Shown here piece after piece: positions 1 to 13,308 of a stretch of DNA of 53,549 nucleotides (position 1 is the stretch's first letter; the number at the start of each line of letters is the position of its first letter). The notes under the pieces are model-generated. The model saw nothing but the letters and a program-made list of their open reading frames with translations. It did no database searches and was not told where the DNA came from. Source of the DNA: Macrostomum lignano. Its lineage: Eukaryota. The stretch spans positions 1 to 53,549 of the forward strand of contig NIVC01002058.1 of the NCBI GenBank assembly GCA_002269645.1, written 5' to 3'. Both the position numbers and the translations under genes were made by a program.

Positions 1-18
1 TGAAGTTTATGAAGAATA

Positions 19-715
19 TTAAATCGTAACCGTCATGACCTTTAATGCTGAATATATCAACGACCGGTTTCTCAAGTCGGGCACGGGCCAGCTGTAGACG
101 AGGTGGCTCCAGTGGAACCAGTTCTCCCTGTCGATGGAGTCGCCCAGACCGGAGATGTCGAACACCAGCTTCACCGCCAGCTCCCCGCCAGGCTGTACAC
201 GCACACAATGAGCTGCTTGAAGGCCAGGGCTCGCAGCAGACTCGGCATCCTGTCCAGCAGGCCAGACCTGAAGCTGTCCGGCAGCAGAGGGGAATCCATC
301 GACTGCAGCAGCAGCCGCTCGCTGCTGGACGCCGCATCGCCGCCTGCGAAAAGCTTCCACGACTTCACTCCGCTGCCGGCCTTGATTGAGAACACAAGGA
401 ACGCCTTTGAGTCAGCTGACCTCACCAGAACAAGCACGGGAGTCGGTCGCGAGCTGATTCCGACTTGTTGATCAGCTTGAAGCGCTGGCACGAAGCAGAG
501 ACGATGCGGCACTCGCTGATGGAGTTGTGGTTTGGTGAGCTCATCATGACGAGTGCAGCTGGAGCAGCTGTGGCATTCTGGCTGGCAATGAGTGCAGGTG
601 AGTGGGCTTGAGTGGCCACCGTGACAGAGTCGCCTGCTTCATCAGCTGTGCTGCTGGATTCGCTGCAGTCGGCTGCAGGCTGTAGTTTTGGTAGCGACGG
701 AGACCGCCGGTGCAC
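19..715 (-). CDS. Exon of an uncharacterised protein, broken by two frameshifts
   Basis: Three overlapping minus-strand ORFs (422..715, 171..512, 19..360) join into one GC-rich reading path: ...LVLVRSADSKAFLVFSIKAGSG...DSFRSGLLD...KQLIVCVYSLA/GELAVKLVFD...ENWFHWSHLVYSWP.DL. From memory this resembles an uncharacterised marine-invertebrate domain (LVF..AG.G / RS..LD.W / LVF...G....WF...L..S.W.DL); not verified by search. Confidence 0.4.
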
Positions 716-1454
716 TGCTGCGCGATCTGGCCCGAGGCTGAGTAAGGCTGCTCAGAAGCGATGCGAGCAGTAGATATTAGCTGTTTCTCAGGTCTGTCTC
801 CTAGACCTCGAAATTAGCAGTAGGCCTGATATTGTAGAAAACCCTTCCTTTAAGGCGCTTTCTAGCAGGTGTCTTAGCTACGGCAACTCTTTTATCTACT
901 CGTGCACTCACAGGTTAAAATGGAATGCTTTTAAATTTGTTTGACAAAACATTTAAAGCCGTGTATATGTGTTGGAACTGGCTCTACAGGCTTGGAAGTT
1001 GCTACCCTGCAGTTTCCAATTCCCAGAATAGCCACGCCAATTACAAAACGCGAAGTCAATTGTTTTATTGACTCAATTAACCAAACGCACGTGTGCAGAG
1101 CATTAAATGTGTAAACAAAATCCCATTTAAACACCATACATGGGCATGCAACGGATGCCTATGCTCTTGACTTAGCTGCAGGGCGTCCGGCCGATGCAGC
1201 GATCAGGCAGAGAGACCGCCATTTCTCTAGCCCCTGGCGACCCAACGGATGCCTATACGAGTTACTGTGTCTGAATTATCAAGTCAGCAACGCGCGTGCC
1301 AACTAAACAGCTACATGGTATAGTAACACCAGTTCCACTAGCTATACATGTATAATGTACATCTGCATGTACACATGTACATGTAAAATTCATGTACATG
1401 TATATCCACAGCAACCCACAAAGCCCCCAATTGACACGTACATGTACAACCACT

Positions 1455-1710
1455 AAAAACGTCACACCCCAAGATTACTTGCACGCCACACCGAAAAACA
1501 CGCCACCCCAAAACACGCCACCCCAAAACACGCCACCCCAAAACACGCCCCCCAAAACACGCCATCCCCAAAACACGCCACCCCAAAACACGCCACCCCA
1601 AAACACGTCACCCCAAAAACACGTCACGCCACCAACCAAAACACGTCAATCCCAAAACACGCCACCCCCAAAACACGACCGCCCCAAAACGACAGGCAGA
1701 CGCCAAAAAC
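1455..1710. repeat. 15-bp minisatellite (CCCCAAAACACGCCA)n
   Basis: Directly visible tandem array; gives the spurious NTPPQ and VLGWR ORFs. Confidence 0.9.
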
Positions 1711-4700
1711 AATTCGAATACGATTTATTATTATTTTATTAAATCGACAATACCGAAAGTCTAAAAACCTAATACGATAAAAACAAACTTCGGATTTCTG
1801 TGTAACAAACAATAGACATTTTAATATTGGTTTTATCAAACAAACAATAATATATATTTAATGAAAAATAGCATAAAAAGATTAGTTGTTAGTATAGCAA
1901 TAAAAATTGAATAACCATCATAACGTGACTGCATGATCTTGCTGATAGTTAAAAATCATTTTACTTTCACTTTTATATAAATCATATTGATTTTGGTGCG
2001 AAAAATGAAAAGAAGAAACACAGTTATAAAGGATAGAACCATAGACAAAGAACTTCAATTCCAGTAAACAACATAGCTTGAATATCTTGGTAACTGCAGT
2101 ATAAAACAAAAAAATGAATTTTTTTCTCCAGTACTAAAAGCTGAACGCAGCAGTTGCAGACAAAGATATATGGATTGAATAAGAAAACTAATTTACTTTT
2201 CTCTTACAAATTAATATTAACAGTAGTTATTTACCCAGGACCATGTAAACTATTGTTTGCGCTATTACACGAAACCATATATTATAATTACGCTCGTTAT
2301 ACAAAAATTAAAGAAGAGTATAGCTGTATAATACTATATATAAAGTACAGTAATTGTATATTAATAGTAAAAAGTAATAATTTAAGCATAATTAAATAAA
2401 TACTAGGTATTTAGTTTTTGTTTAAAGTTCGTGACATTAGCGCAAAATTGTTTTACACGATCACACGTGCATGTAAATAACGGTGGCCTAACATTCTTGC
2501 TAGCACCTTGCGCTAAACAAGTGCAATTCTTAGGCATGTTCGTAATATTTTAACTCACAAGCGATTACAATTGTTTTATAGAGGTTCCATAGTTTCTTTT
2601 TTCCTGAAAAACTATCGATATATTCTGCCTCTATAGCATGGCGTCTATTACTGCAAGATTAATGAAGACAGTTTAGTGATAAAAAGAGTCGCCTAATTAG
2701 GAGTCAAGAATATTTTCAAGCTTTAAGAAAAGACTGTGTGTAAAATGTACCAATCAGAGTAGTATAAAAAAGCATAAAATTCCAAAACCATTAGAAGATT
2801 ATAGCATAATAGGGTTCGTATATATAAATATGCTGATTGGCAAACACGAAACGAATAAAACTACAATAAACAGTGTATAAAATAGTGCTCAAAGGAGACG
2901 TGATTATTGTTAAACTGATAGCTGAAAAAAGAATCGCCCGCTATTCCTGGAACAAAAAAAACAAAATTAACAAAAAGGATCAAATACGCAGAGTTAAGCT
3001 ATTGCAAGTAAAATCGTATAAAAACAAAAGGATATCAAAAGCCAGACGAGATCGAGACACAGATGATGCACTGATTAAAAATTCATATTTGACAATACCA
3101 AAAGAGACTTTTTTTAAATCGGAGCGGATAAAACAAATCCAGTCAGCTGGACTAGGCGCGCAAAAAAATGTGATTGAATAACGGAAGAAACCAAACCAAA
3201 CCATCATATTCGCAGTTTTAAAAATCCGTAAACAAAATTTACAAAACTTTTTTTTAAAAAGCAAAACGTCGCACAAAAACAAAAAGACAATAGAAAACTT
3301 GCAGCTTTAGTAAGAGTTTTATAATCAAAACAAAAAATGAGCACAAAAGAAAAGCTTTATTGCAGGATATATATGTTAGCGAAATCCGACACCAAATATA
3401 AAACCAGCAGCAAAAATTGCTCATATTTTTATGCATATTTTTAATATATATTTCTAGAAAACAACATATTTTGTGAATAATTTGTGTATATAATACAAAA
3501 AGATAGTTCAAGGAAACATGGATAATAGCGACGCTTACAGAATAGCCATAGGGTCAAATACATAAACACAGATATAGAAATTAAATAAGCAGCAATACCA
3601 ATTCACCATCTTTATGAAAAGAAGTTGTACCTCAGTCTAAAAAAATCGTGGTTAAGATATCGGTCCATCACAAAAAATAATGCATATATTGTATAGCAAA
3701 GGGAAAATTCATAAACAATTTGTAAGGAGACTTAGTAACAACACGAAATACCAGTTTGACTAGATTTCATTTATCACAGAAACTACTAAAAGAGAAAGTC
3801 AACCTTGCCAATTTTGGTTAAAATACGCAGGATATGGTTGCTAGCAGTAGTAAAACACAATTTACAATAAATAATGCATGCAGATATAAATAGATAGAAA
3901 GAGTCAGAAAAACAACCCACAAAATAAGCAAAAGTAGCTATTTCAAAGTAAACATATTACAAATTGATAGTGAAAGTGAAAAGTCCACACCAAAGTATAA
4001 TGTGCGTGAAAGAAATATAAAAACGGGAAATTCGCTTAACACGCTACTGAAATTGTGTATGCAGTAATATTGACAGACCATAAAGAAAATTGATTTAAAT
4101 ATAATCTTTCCGGTACGTAAGCGCCATTTCCTCCAGAGATTTAAAATGCAATACATGAGCTGTCATGATATTTTTACTAAGATGTTGGATCGATAATCCG
4201 AATTAGTAAAACAATTAAAAAATTACCAAATTGCTTTTTAATATGTGCGCTTAGGCACGTGAATTAAGAAATAATTTAGGCGCGTTTAAACAAAAATCAC
4301 AAAACAACAAAATGCGTTTTGCTTTGAAACATCTGATTAAAGAAAACGAACAATATCATAAATATCCTTAATTTTTTTCAAAAGCTCATTCATTCTGAGT
4401 CTGATCACACTAATAAACATTTTGGAAAGCTTCGGTAACATTTATATCGCTTTTTGGTCATAAACAACAGACTTAAGATCGAGTTAAAGTTAAGACGCTT
4501 AAAAAGGCCATGAATAGTAAAAAATATTACATGTCCGTGTGCAGAATAAATAATCTCTTAAACTTAAAAAAATCTATGGTTACTATGCTAGCATGCAAGA
4601 ATGATTGCATGCTTTTGCCACTGAAAATCTGTGAATCAGCCTCTTGAAATGGTAGCTACGTAGAAAAAATGTTTAACTAACTAAAATTTAAATAGTAAAA

Positions 4701-5469
4701 ACGTCATCTTTAATCGTTTCAAATAAGAATATTGCTTTTTTACACAATAGAAACCCAAGCAAAGCCGAATAATTTAAAAGTGACATTATCGACTGCGTGA
4801 TTGCGATAAAAGTCTTTAATAAGCCACGTGATCAAACTTTTTGATGTGTTCAATGTTCAAAAATAGACTAGCTTTGAGTTTGAGCCACATCAAACTTTAA
4901 CTATACGTAAACTGCGTTCGAGTAGCTTATACTGCTTCAAACGTTTCGACGTTTTCAAGTATTTCACGTTTAGACGTATCAAAACGTTTAAAATTATGGT
5001 ATAACAGTTAATATATCAGGACTAAATCAAAGTATCACATTAACACGTGCAAATATTCGCACAGATTTAACTTTCGCTAACTATTTATTACCTTTAGTCA
5101 TTTTAACTACTTGTCTGCTTGAATCCAATACTTCTAGTTAATATTTGGTGCTGTCTACTAGTAACTAATCGGTCCTGCTATTAAAACTCTTCTTTTCGAT
5201 TTATTTTATTAAAAAAATGTTGTGACTCACGTGACTCTTGTTTTTTTAATCTTCAATCGCGCGCTAATTCTTAAACTCGCAACGCAACTCTGGAATGTCG
5301 TCGGCAAACATCAAACACATGAAGCGATAATATATTAATGATAAATAATACAGCAGATGAACCTACCTACACCGCACAAACCCCTGTAGATAACTAAAAA
5401 CACGCGCACACATAAAAAGGAGCCGCCACCAATTATGTACATCACCACCTGAACGGCACAGTACGGGGC

Positions 5470-5967
5470 CTATGCCCCTTCTTTAACCAGCGGCTTGTGG
5501 AACTGCCGCCCCGAGGCCGGATCGTGGATGACACCCCAGCAGTGGTCGCAGTAGTACTGCAGGCAGGTCACATTGGCGCAGAAAAATGGCGCAAATTTGC
5601 CGCCGCTCATGGCGCCGCCGCACTCGTCGCACATTTGATCGTCCAACACGTAGGGCTTCACTTCCACTCGTTTGTCAATGTCGGCGCCATGTCGAAGCTG
5701 TACAAACCTGGCGCTGATTGCGGCGATGTAGCTCTGCTGGCTGCTGAAGGCTACCCGACCGGCGCCTTTGGGGTACTTGAGCTCCGGGTCGGTGTCGATG
5801 CCGGCGTAGCAGACCCCGCCGTAGAGGCTGTTCATGATGTTGGCCAGCTCGCAGGCGCGCAACGGTCTTGGCACGCCGCCAACGAATATTGTTTTGCGCG
5901 GATCCAACGGCTGGCTGGCGTCCAATACGAAGTCTGATTCGCTTAGTCGCCAAGGACGGATTTGCAC
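5470..5967 (-). CDS. CPEB2/orb2: CPEB2/3/4 (Orb2)-type protein, exon 4 (RRM2 + ZZ-type zinc finger)
   Basis: VQIRPW...LDPRKTIFVGGVPRPL...GIDTDPELKYPKGAGRVAF...CDEC...FFCANVTCLQYYCDHCW..IH...HKPLVKEG*. AG acceptor at 5969-5968. Confidence 0.97.
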   Translation of the reverse strand: MQIRPWRLSESDFVLDASQPLDPRKTIFVGGVPRPLRACELANIMNSLYGGVCYAGIDTDPELKYPKGAGRVAFSSQQSYIAAISARFVQLRHGADIDKRVEVKPYVLDDQMCDECGGAMSGGKFAPFFCANVTCLQYYCDHCWGVIHDPASGRQFHKPLVKEGA

Positions 5968-6039
5968 CTTGAGGAGTGACGGGATTGTAATATTCATTCA
6001 TTTATCGATGGAAGCCACGCGACTTAGGATTTAGTTTGC

Positions 6040-6640
6040 TCAATTTTAGTCACGTGACTCAGCTTTAGTTTGCTTGCTTTCGTGGCATAACGTGGCATCG
6101 AGTTCGCTTGCTCAATTTTAGTCACGTGATTTGATTTAGTTATTAAAAGTTTAGACACGTGACTTTGATTTTTGTTTGTTCTAATTTAGTCACATGACTC
6201 TGGTTTTGTTTGCTCAGTCACGTGATTTTGATTTTCCTAGATCTAATTTTATCACGTGACTTTGATTTTGTTTGCTCAATTTTAGTCACGTGACTAGGAT
6301 TTAGTTTGCTAAATTTCAATCACGTGACTCTGATTCTATTTGTTCAATTTCTGTCACGTGATTTTGATTTTGCTAGATCAACTTAAACACGCGAATTTGA
6401 TTTTGTTTGCCCACTTTTCAGTCACGTGACTTAGGTTTATTTGCTCAATGTGAGTCACGTGACTTTGGTTTTTTGCTTGATTTCAGTCAAGTGACTGATT
6501 TAGTTTGCTCAATTTTAGTCACGTGGCAATGAAATTTTACGGTTTTTATTAGGGAAGTTTACTTATAGAAAATCAACTTGTTTATCAAATTCAATCACGT
6601 GATTCCTATATTTCGCTTCTAGTCATCACGTGATTCTATT
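6040..6640. repeat. Degenerate ~33-bp tandem array, most units containing (GT/AT)CACGTGA(C/T)
   Basis: About 13 perfect CACGTG plus several 1-mismatch copies, spaced about 30-35 bp, in the last CPEB intron. Confidence 0.8.
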
Positions 6641-7659
6641 TCGTAAGACTCGACGACCCTGAAACCATAGGCTAGTCTCGGGATTTCAGCGCCATAATAA
6701 TATCATCCATCTTGAAAATAACCTGTTGCCAGACACTCGGAAGATCAAAGAGCGGATATTTGAAGAAGTGGGAGAACTAGACTAGAAGAGCAGAGACACA
6801 TCAAGCCGCAGAAGCCTAAAGAAAGCCAGACAAAGAGAGAGAGAGGAAGCGACAAGATGATCTGCGGCTCTGCCACACTGCAAGAGCAGCTGATAAAAGA
6901 AAAGTGTCGACGCCAAAAAATTGTCGCCTAAAAAGCCGGGAGGCAACAGAGGATCAGGAGCAGTGGGATTAGTGAGGTGCTAATTAAGCGGATGTCGAGA
7001 CTGCAAGAGTCTTAAGAGTGTTTAAATTCGAAAAAGAATGGCTAATTATTTTTATTTTACTATACAAGCTTCTTGACGTTAAATGACCTTCGTTTAGCAA
7101 ACAGTCCCCACGGAATGTCTATATGTATTTCGAACCTCAACTATAAGACGGTCCTATACCTGACCTTATGACCTCAGATGACCTAAACGCTTATAAACTA
7201 TATCCAAGGTAACGCAAGAAGCCAGTTACAAAACTGTAAATCCTAACCAAATATTTAAGGCAAAATGATCAATCAATCATCGGTCTAGGTCCGTCCATCC
7301 AGGTTAGTCATGCAGTCAGTCAAATGGGGATAGAAGTACACAGAGACACACAGACACACACACACCACTCATGGAAATTTGCTCTGTCAACAAAGCCAGA
7401 AAAAAAGCACACAAAAGACTAACCATGGCCGAAGCCTAACTTCAACTCAAAGAGGACTGCGGTGAATCGAGCAATGTTGATAATAAAGCAGACTGCCAGC
7501 AGACTACACAGAGCATGCAGGGACATTGCCCACAGTGATAATATATATAATGCGCCATTTGTAACTTTATGTATGCTAAGCATTCACTAGTGTTTAAGTG
7601 AAAAGGGGCTTTAAATGAATCTTTGTTCGAACTTAATTTTCATCTATATCCATTAGGAT

Positions 7660-8230
7660 ATCTCTCTTCTTCCCCATCTCTCTGAGTTCTCTTCTCCCAC
7701 ATCTCTATGAGTTCTCTTCTCCCACATCTCTATGAGATCTCTTCGCACCCCATCTCTCTAAGATCTCTCTTCTCCCCATCTGTATGAGATCTCTTCTTCC
7801 CCATCTTCTCTGTGAGATCTCTCTTCCGCCCAATATTCTCTGAGATCTCTCTTCTCCCACATCTCTATGAGTTCTCTTCTCCCACATCTCTATGAGTTCT
7901 CTTCTCCCACATCTCTATGAGTTCTCTTCTCCCACATCTCTATGAGTTCTCTTCTCCCACATCTCTATGAGATCTCTCTTCTCCCAATCTCTATGAGATC
8001 TCTTCGCACTCCATCTCTCTGAGATCTCTCTTCTCCCACATCTCTATGAGTTCTCTTCGCACCCCATCTCTCTGAGATCTCTCTTTGCACCCCATCTCTC
8101 TGAGATCTCTCTTCTCCCCATCTGTATGAGATCTCTTCTTCCCCATCTTCTCTGTGAGATCTCTCTTCCGCCCAATATTCTCTATGAGATCTCTCTTCTG
8201 CCCACATCTTCTCAGTAAGATCTCTTCTCT
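7660..8230. repeat. ~25-bp pyrimidine-rich minisatellite (ATCTCTATGAGTTCTCTTCTCCCAC)n
   Basis: Visible tandem array in a CPEB intron. Confidence 0.9.
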
Positions 8231-8429
8231 CGTATCTTTTATCTTCTCTCTGATGTATTTTTCTCTCATTCTATCCTCTAGAACCGCTAGTAATTTCCAG
8301 GTTCTGTCTATTTAACTAGGTCAGTTCCCCAAGTAAATAAGCAGCGAAACGACATCGCGCAAAAGTACCGCTCATACTTAAAGCAGACCCCAGCATCATG
8401 CGGGCGTCATCGCGCGCACTTCAGCTTAC

Positions 8430-8548
8430 CGGCTTATCCTTCATGGTGGGCGAGGACACGCACCAGTAGTGCCGCTCCCCGTCACTGATGCAGGCCTCCA
8501 TCAGACTCTGCACGCTCGACTCGTCTTGGAACAGGATGAAGCAGTAGC
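8430..8548 (-). CDS. CPEB2/orb2: CPEB2/orb2-type protein, exon 3 (RRM1 C-terminal part)
   Basis: (G)YCFILFQDESSVQSLMEACI...WCVSSPTMKDKP; flanked by CAG and GTAAGC; 119 nt, in phase with neighbouring exons. Confidence 0.96.
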
Positions 8549-8704
8549 CTGGGAGGGCGGGGGCGACGGCGAGTTTTAGGCGAAAAGTGAGACGGTTGGA
8601 GAGGAGGGAATTGGGGCGGCTTGTTTGAGTAAATAGAGCTGCTTTATATAGGCTAAGGAACGGATGTCGTGACTCGTGAGATAGATTGACTGCAAACTTT
8701 GCAG

Positions 8705-9030
<326 letters not shown>

Positions 9031-9611
9031 AGGAGAAGCAGAATATCCAAACAGAGTCCCGCTTTGCAGACACTCAGTAGCGCTCGCTGCCAGCGGCTTA
9101 ACCTCCCGTGCCCTCAGCCGTCCTCCCCGCCCCCATTCCCGGGCTGCCCGAAGGAAAAGTGCAGCAGCACCCAACAGCTAACAGCAACTCCCTGGTCGCT
9201 GCGGCCCCGGAGCCAGACTCTCCGCAAAACCGCATCCGGCACAGGGAGAGGGGGAAACGGAGAGCCCGCGCACTGCACACGGAGCCCATTTTTCTTCCAC
9301 ATAAAAGATTAGAAAAATTCCACATTCCCTTAAGTCCTTTCCTCACGATCGTTTCCCCGAAACCTCCCAGCATCCTTCTTCATCCCTTGCCCACTAGGGG
9401 GGGGGTGTGGATCCTCGCAACCAGGAAGACTTCAAAACTCCCTTCAGAATATTTTTGTCCCAGCAGCGGAGGCAGCGAAGATGATCCCATCTGGCACGTG
9501 GAGCTTGACTAAATATTTGTTTTTTGTTTAATAGCAACATTTTGTAAAGAAGCACTTAATAAGTGCGCACAGTGTACTGTAAAGCTAATTAATAATTAAT
9601 TAGGGATTCAC

Positions 9612-9701
9612 CTTTCGGCGGAAAGTAGGTCTTGCTGTCCTGCTTGTGCGGCCAGTCAATTGTGAGGGGCCCGAACCGGCGAAAGGCATTGCCGATCTCG
9701 T
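9612..9701 (-). CDS. CPEB2/orb2: CPEB2/orb2-type protein, exon 2
   Basis: (D)EIGNAFRRFGPLTIDWPHKQDSKTYFPPK(G); TTCAG acceptor, GTGAAT donor; 90 nt. Not in the ORF track. Confidence 0.95.
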
Positions 9702-9844
9702 CTGAAGAGAGGGGGTCATTCAGTCATGAAGTTTCTGACTAGGAAAGTTCACGAACCGGAAAAAAACAACAAAAAAATATATTTACTAAAATATCGTAAG
9801 AATGATCACCGAACACTAAGCATTCACTAACTTGTAAATAGGAT

Positions 9845-12830
9845 TCACTAATCCAAAGATTCACCAACCCGAAGATTCACCAACCCGAAGATTCACCAAT
9901 AGGAGACACTGATAAGACCCGAAGATTCACCAACCCGAAGATTCACCAATAGGAGACACTGATAAGACCCGAAGATTCACCAACCCGAAGATTCACCAAT
10001 AGGAGACACTGATAAGACCCGAAGATTCACCAAACCGAAGATTATCCAAAAGGAGACACTGATAAGATTCACCAAACCGAAGATTCACTAACCCGAAGAT
10101 TCACTAACCCGAAGATTCACTAACCCAGAGATTCACCAACCCGAAGATTTACTAACACGAAGATTCACCAAACCGAAGATTCTCCAATAGGAGACACTGA
10201 TAAGACCCGAAGATTCACCAAACCGAAGATTATCCAAAAGGAGACACTGATAAGACCCGAAGATTCACCAAACCGAAGATTCACTAACCCGAAGATTCAT
10301 TAACCCGAAGATTCACTAACACGAAGATTCACCAACCCGAAGATTCACCAAACCGAAGATTCACCAAACCGAAGATTCACCAATAGGAGACACTGATAAG
10401 ACCCGAAGATTCACCAACCCGAAGATTCACTAACCCGAAGATTCACCAACCCGGAGATTCACCAACCCGAAGATTCACTAACCCGAAGATTCACCAACCC
10501 GAAGATTTACTAACACGAAGATTCACCAACCCAAAGATTCACTAACACGAAGATTCACCAACCCGAAGATTTACTAACACGAAGATTCACCAACCCAAAG
10601 ATTCACTAACACGAAGATTCACCAACCCGAAGATTTACTAACACGAAGATTCACCAACCCAAAGATTCACTAACACGAAGATTCACCAAACCGAAGATTC
10701 ACTAACCCGAAGATTCATTAACCCGAAGATTCACTAACACGAAGATTCACCAACCCGAAGATTCACCAAACCGAAGATTCACCAAACCGAAGATTCACCA
10801 ATAGGAGACACTGATAAGACCCGAAGATTCACCAACCCGAAGATTCACTAACCCGAAGATTCACCAACCCGGAGATTCACCAACCCGAAGATTCACTAAC
10901 CCGAAGATTCACCAACCCGAAGATTCACTAACACGAAGATTCACCAACCCAAAGATTCACTAACACGAAGATTCACCAACCCGAAGATTTACTAACACGA
11001 AGATTCACCAACCCGAAGATTCACTAACACGAAGATTCACCAACCCGAAGATTTACTAACACGAAGATTCACCAACCCGAAGATTCACTAACACGAAGAT
11101 TCACCAACCCGAAGATTTACTAACACGAAGATTCACCAACCCGAAGATTCACTAACACGAAGATTCACCAACCCGAAGATTTACTAACACGAAGATTCAC
11201 CAACCCGAAGATTCACTAACACGAAGATTCACCAACCCGAAGATTTACTAACACGAAGATTCACCAACCCGAAGATTCACTAACACGAAGATTCACCAAC
11301 CCGAAGATTTACTAACACGAAGATTCACCAACCCGAAGATTCACTAACACGAAGATTCACCAACCCGAAGATTTACTAACACGAAGATTCACCAACCCGA
11401 AGATTTACTAACACGAAGATTCACCAACCCGAAGATTTACTAACACGAAGATTCACCAACCCGAAGATTCACTAACACGAAGATTCACCAACCCGAAGAT
11501 TTACTAACACGAAGATTCACCAACCCGAAGATTTACTAACACGAAGATTCACCAACCCGAAGATTTACTAACACGAAGATTCACCAACCCGAAGATTTAC
11601 TAACACGAAGATTCACCAACCCGAAGATTCACCAACCCGAAGATTCACCAACCCGAAGATTCACCAACCCGAAGATTCACCAACCCGGAGATTCACCAAC
11701 CCGAAGATTCACTAACACGAAGATTCACCAAACCGAAGATTCACTAACACGAAGATTCACCAAACCGAAGATTCACCAACCCGAAGATTCACCAATAGGA
11801 GACACTGATAAGACCCGAAGATTCACCAAACCGAAGATTCACTAACACGAAGATTCACCAAACCGAAGATTCACTAACACGAAGATTCACCAACCCGAAG
11901 ATTCACCAACCCGAAGATTCACCAATAGGAGACACTGATAAGACCCGAAGATTCACCAAATCGAAGATTCACCAATAGGAGACACTGATAAGACCCGAAG
12001 ATTCACCAAATCGAAGATTCACCAACCCGAAGATTCACTAACCCGAAGATTTACTAACACGAAGATTCACCAAACCGAAGATTCTCCAATAGGAGACACT
12101 GATAAGACCCAAAGATTCACCAAACCGAAGATTCTCCAATAGGAGACACTGATAAGACCCGAAGATTCACCAAACCGAAGATTCTCCAATAGGAGACACT
12201 GATAAGACCCGAAGATTCACCAAACCGAAGATTCACTAACCCGAAGATTCACCAACCCGAAGATTCACTAACACGAAGATTCACCAACCCGAAGATTCAC
12301 CAAACCGAAGATTCACCAAACCGAAGATTCACCAATAGGAGACACTGATAAGACCCGAAGATTCACCAACCCGGAGATTCACCAACCCGAAGATTCACTA
12401 ACCCGAAGATTCACCAACCCGGAGATTCACCAACCCGAAGATTCACTAACCCGAAGATTTACTAACACGAAGATTCACCAACCCGAAGATTCACTAACAC
12501 GAAGATTCACCAACCCGAAGATTCACCAAACCGAAGATTCACCAAACCGAAGATTCACCAATAGGAGACACTGATAAGACCCGAAGATTCACCAACCCGG
12601 AGATTCACCAACCCGAAGATTCACTAACCCGAAGATTCACCAACCCGGAGATTCACCAACCCGAAGATTCACTAACCCGAAGATTTACTAACACGAAGAT
12701 TCACCAACCCGAAGATTTACTAACACGAAGATTCACCAACCCGAAGATTCACTACCCCGAATGTTCACAAACCGAAAATCTTGAGTCGGAGAATTTATAA
12801 GCCTAAAGATTCACCAACTGGAAGTTTCAC
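9845..12830. repeat. ~3-kb satellite of 16-bp units (GAAGATTCACCAACCC) with recurrent 18-bp insert TAGGAGACACTGATAAGA
   Basis: Visible tandem array filling most of CPEB intron 1; degenerate copies resume at ~13190-13250 after the SINE. Confidence 0.95.
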
Positions 12831-12859
12831 AAACGCATAGAAGATTTACTAACACAACA

Positions 12860-13170
12860 ATAATATATAACAATCGATTACCCCTGCCCCCTGCCCCACT
12901 ATACAGATGTGCAACCGACAGCTCAGCCGCAGCTATTGCGCGGCGCATCTGAAGGCTGCGTACGGCTGTTCAGTCCAAGGACTGGGGGGTCGCCACACAC
13001 AGCCTCAATTACCCCAGCTAATGCTGGCACCCATTTTACAGCTGGGTGAACTGAAGCAATGCAGAGTTAGGTGTCTTCCTCAAGAACACAAATTGTTCTG
13101 AGTGGTTCAAGAATCGAACCCACGACCTTCCAGTCGTGAGTCCGACGCTCTGACCACTAGGCTACAGCCC
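12860..13170 (-). mobile_element. tRNA-derived SINE with CORE-like central domain
   Basis: Minus strand starts GGGCTGTAGCCTAGTGGTCAGAGCGTC (A box) ... GGGTTCGATTC (B box), then GTGTTCTTGAGGAAGACACCTAAC...CTTCAGTTCACCCAGCTGTAAAATGGG (CORE/MIR-like), then a simple-repeat tail. Confidence 0.8.
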
Positions 13171-13308
13171 ACAAAAAATCACCAATCTCACTAACCCGAA
13201 GATTCACAGATCTGTAGAAGATTCACCAACCCAAAGCTTCACTATCTTAAGATCTCGTCAACCAGCAAAGTGAACGAAACGGTCACACCGATCCCGGCAA
13301 ACTCTGAC

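Noticed and set aside
1149-1256. 14-bp direct repeat CAACGGATGCCTAT flanking 80 bp
   Set aside because: No TIRs, tail or coding signal inside, so it cannot be called an insertion.
3580-4160. Possible decayed CR1/L2 LINE 3' end on the minus strand (LRYNFFS-like)
   Set aside because: Only one short motif amid stops in AT-rich DNA; not supportable without a profile search.
5000-5469. CPE (TTTTAT) and AATAAA motifs suggesting CPEB autoregulation of its own 3' UTR
   Set aside because: Expected by chance in AT-rich sequence, and the UTR end is unknown.
9845-12830. Repeat/insert alternation resembling a CRISPR array
   Set aside because: The 18-bp inserts are identical rather than unique spacers, there are no cas genes, and the context is a eukaryotic intron.
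13095-13170. tRNA gene on the minus strand
   Set aside because: A and B boxes are present but there is no complete acceptor stem, and it continues into a SINE core.
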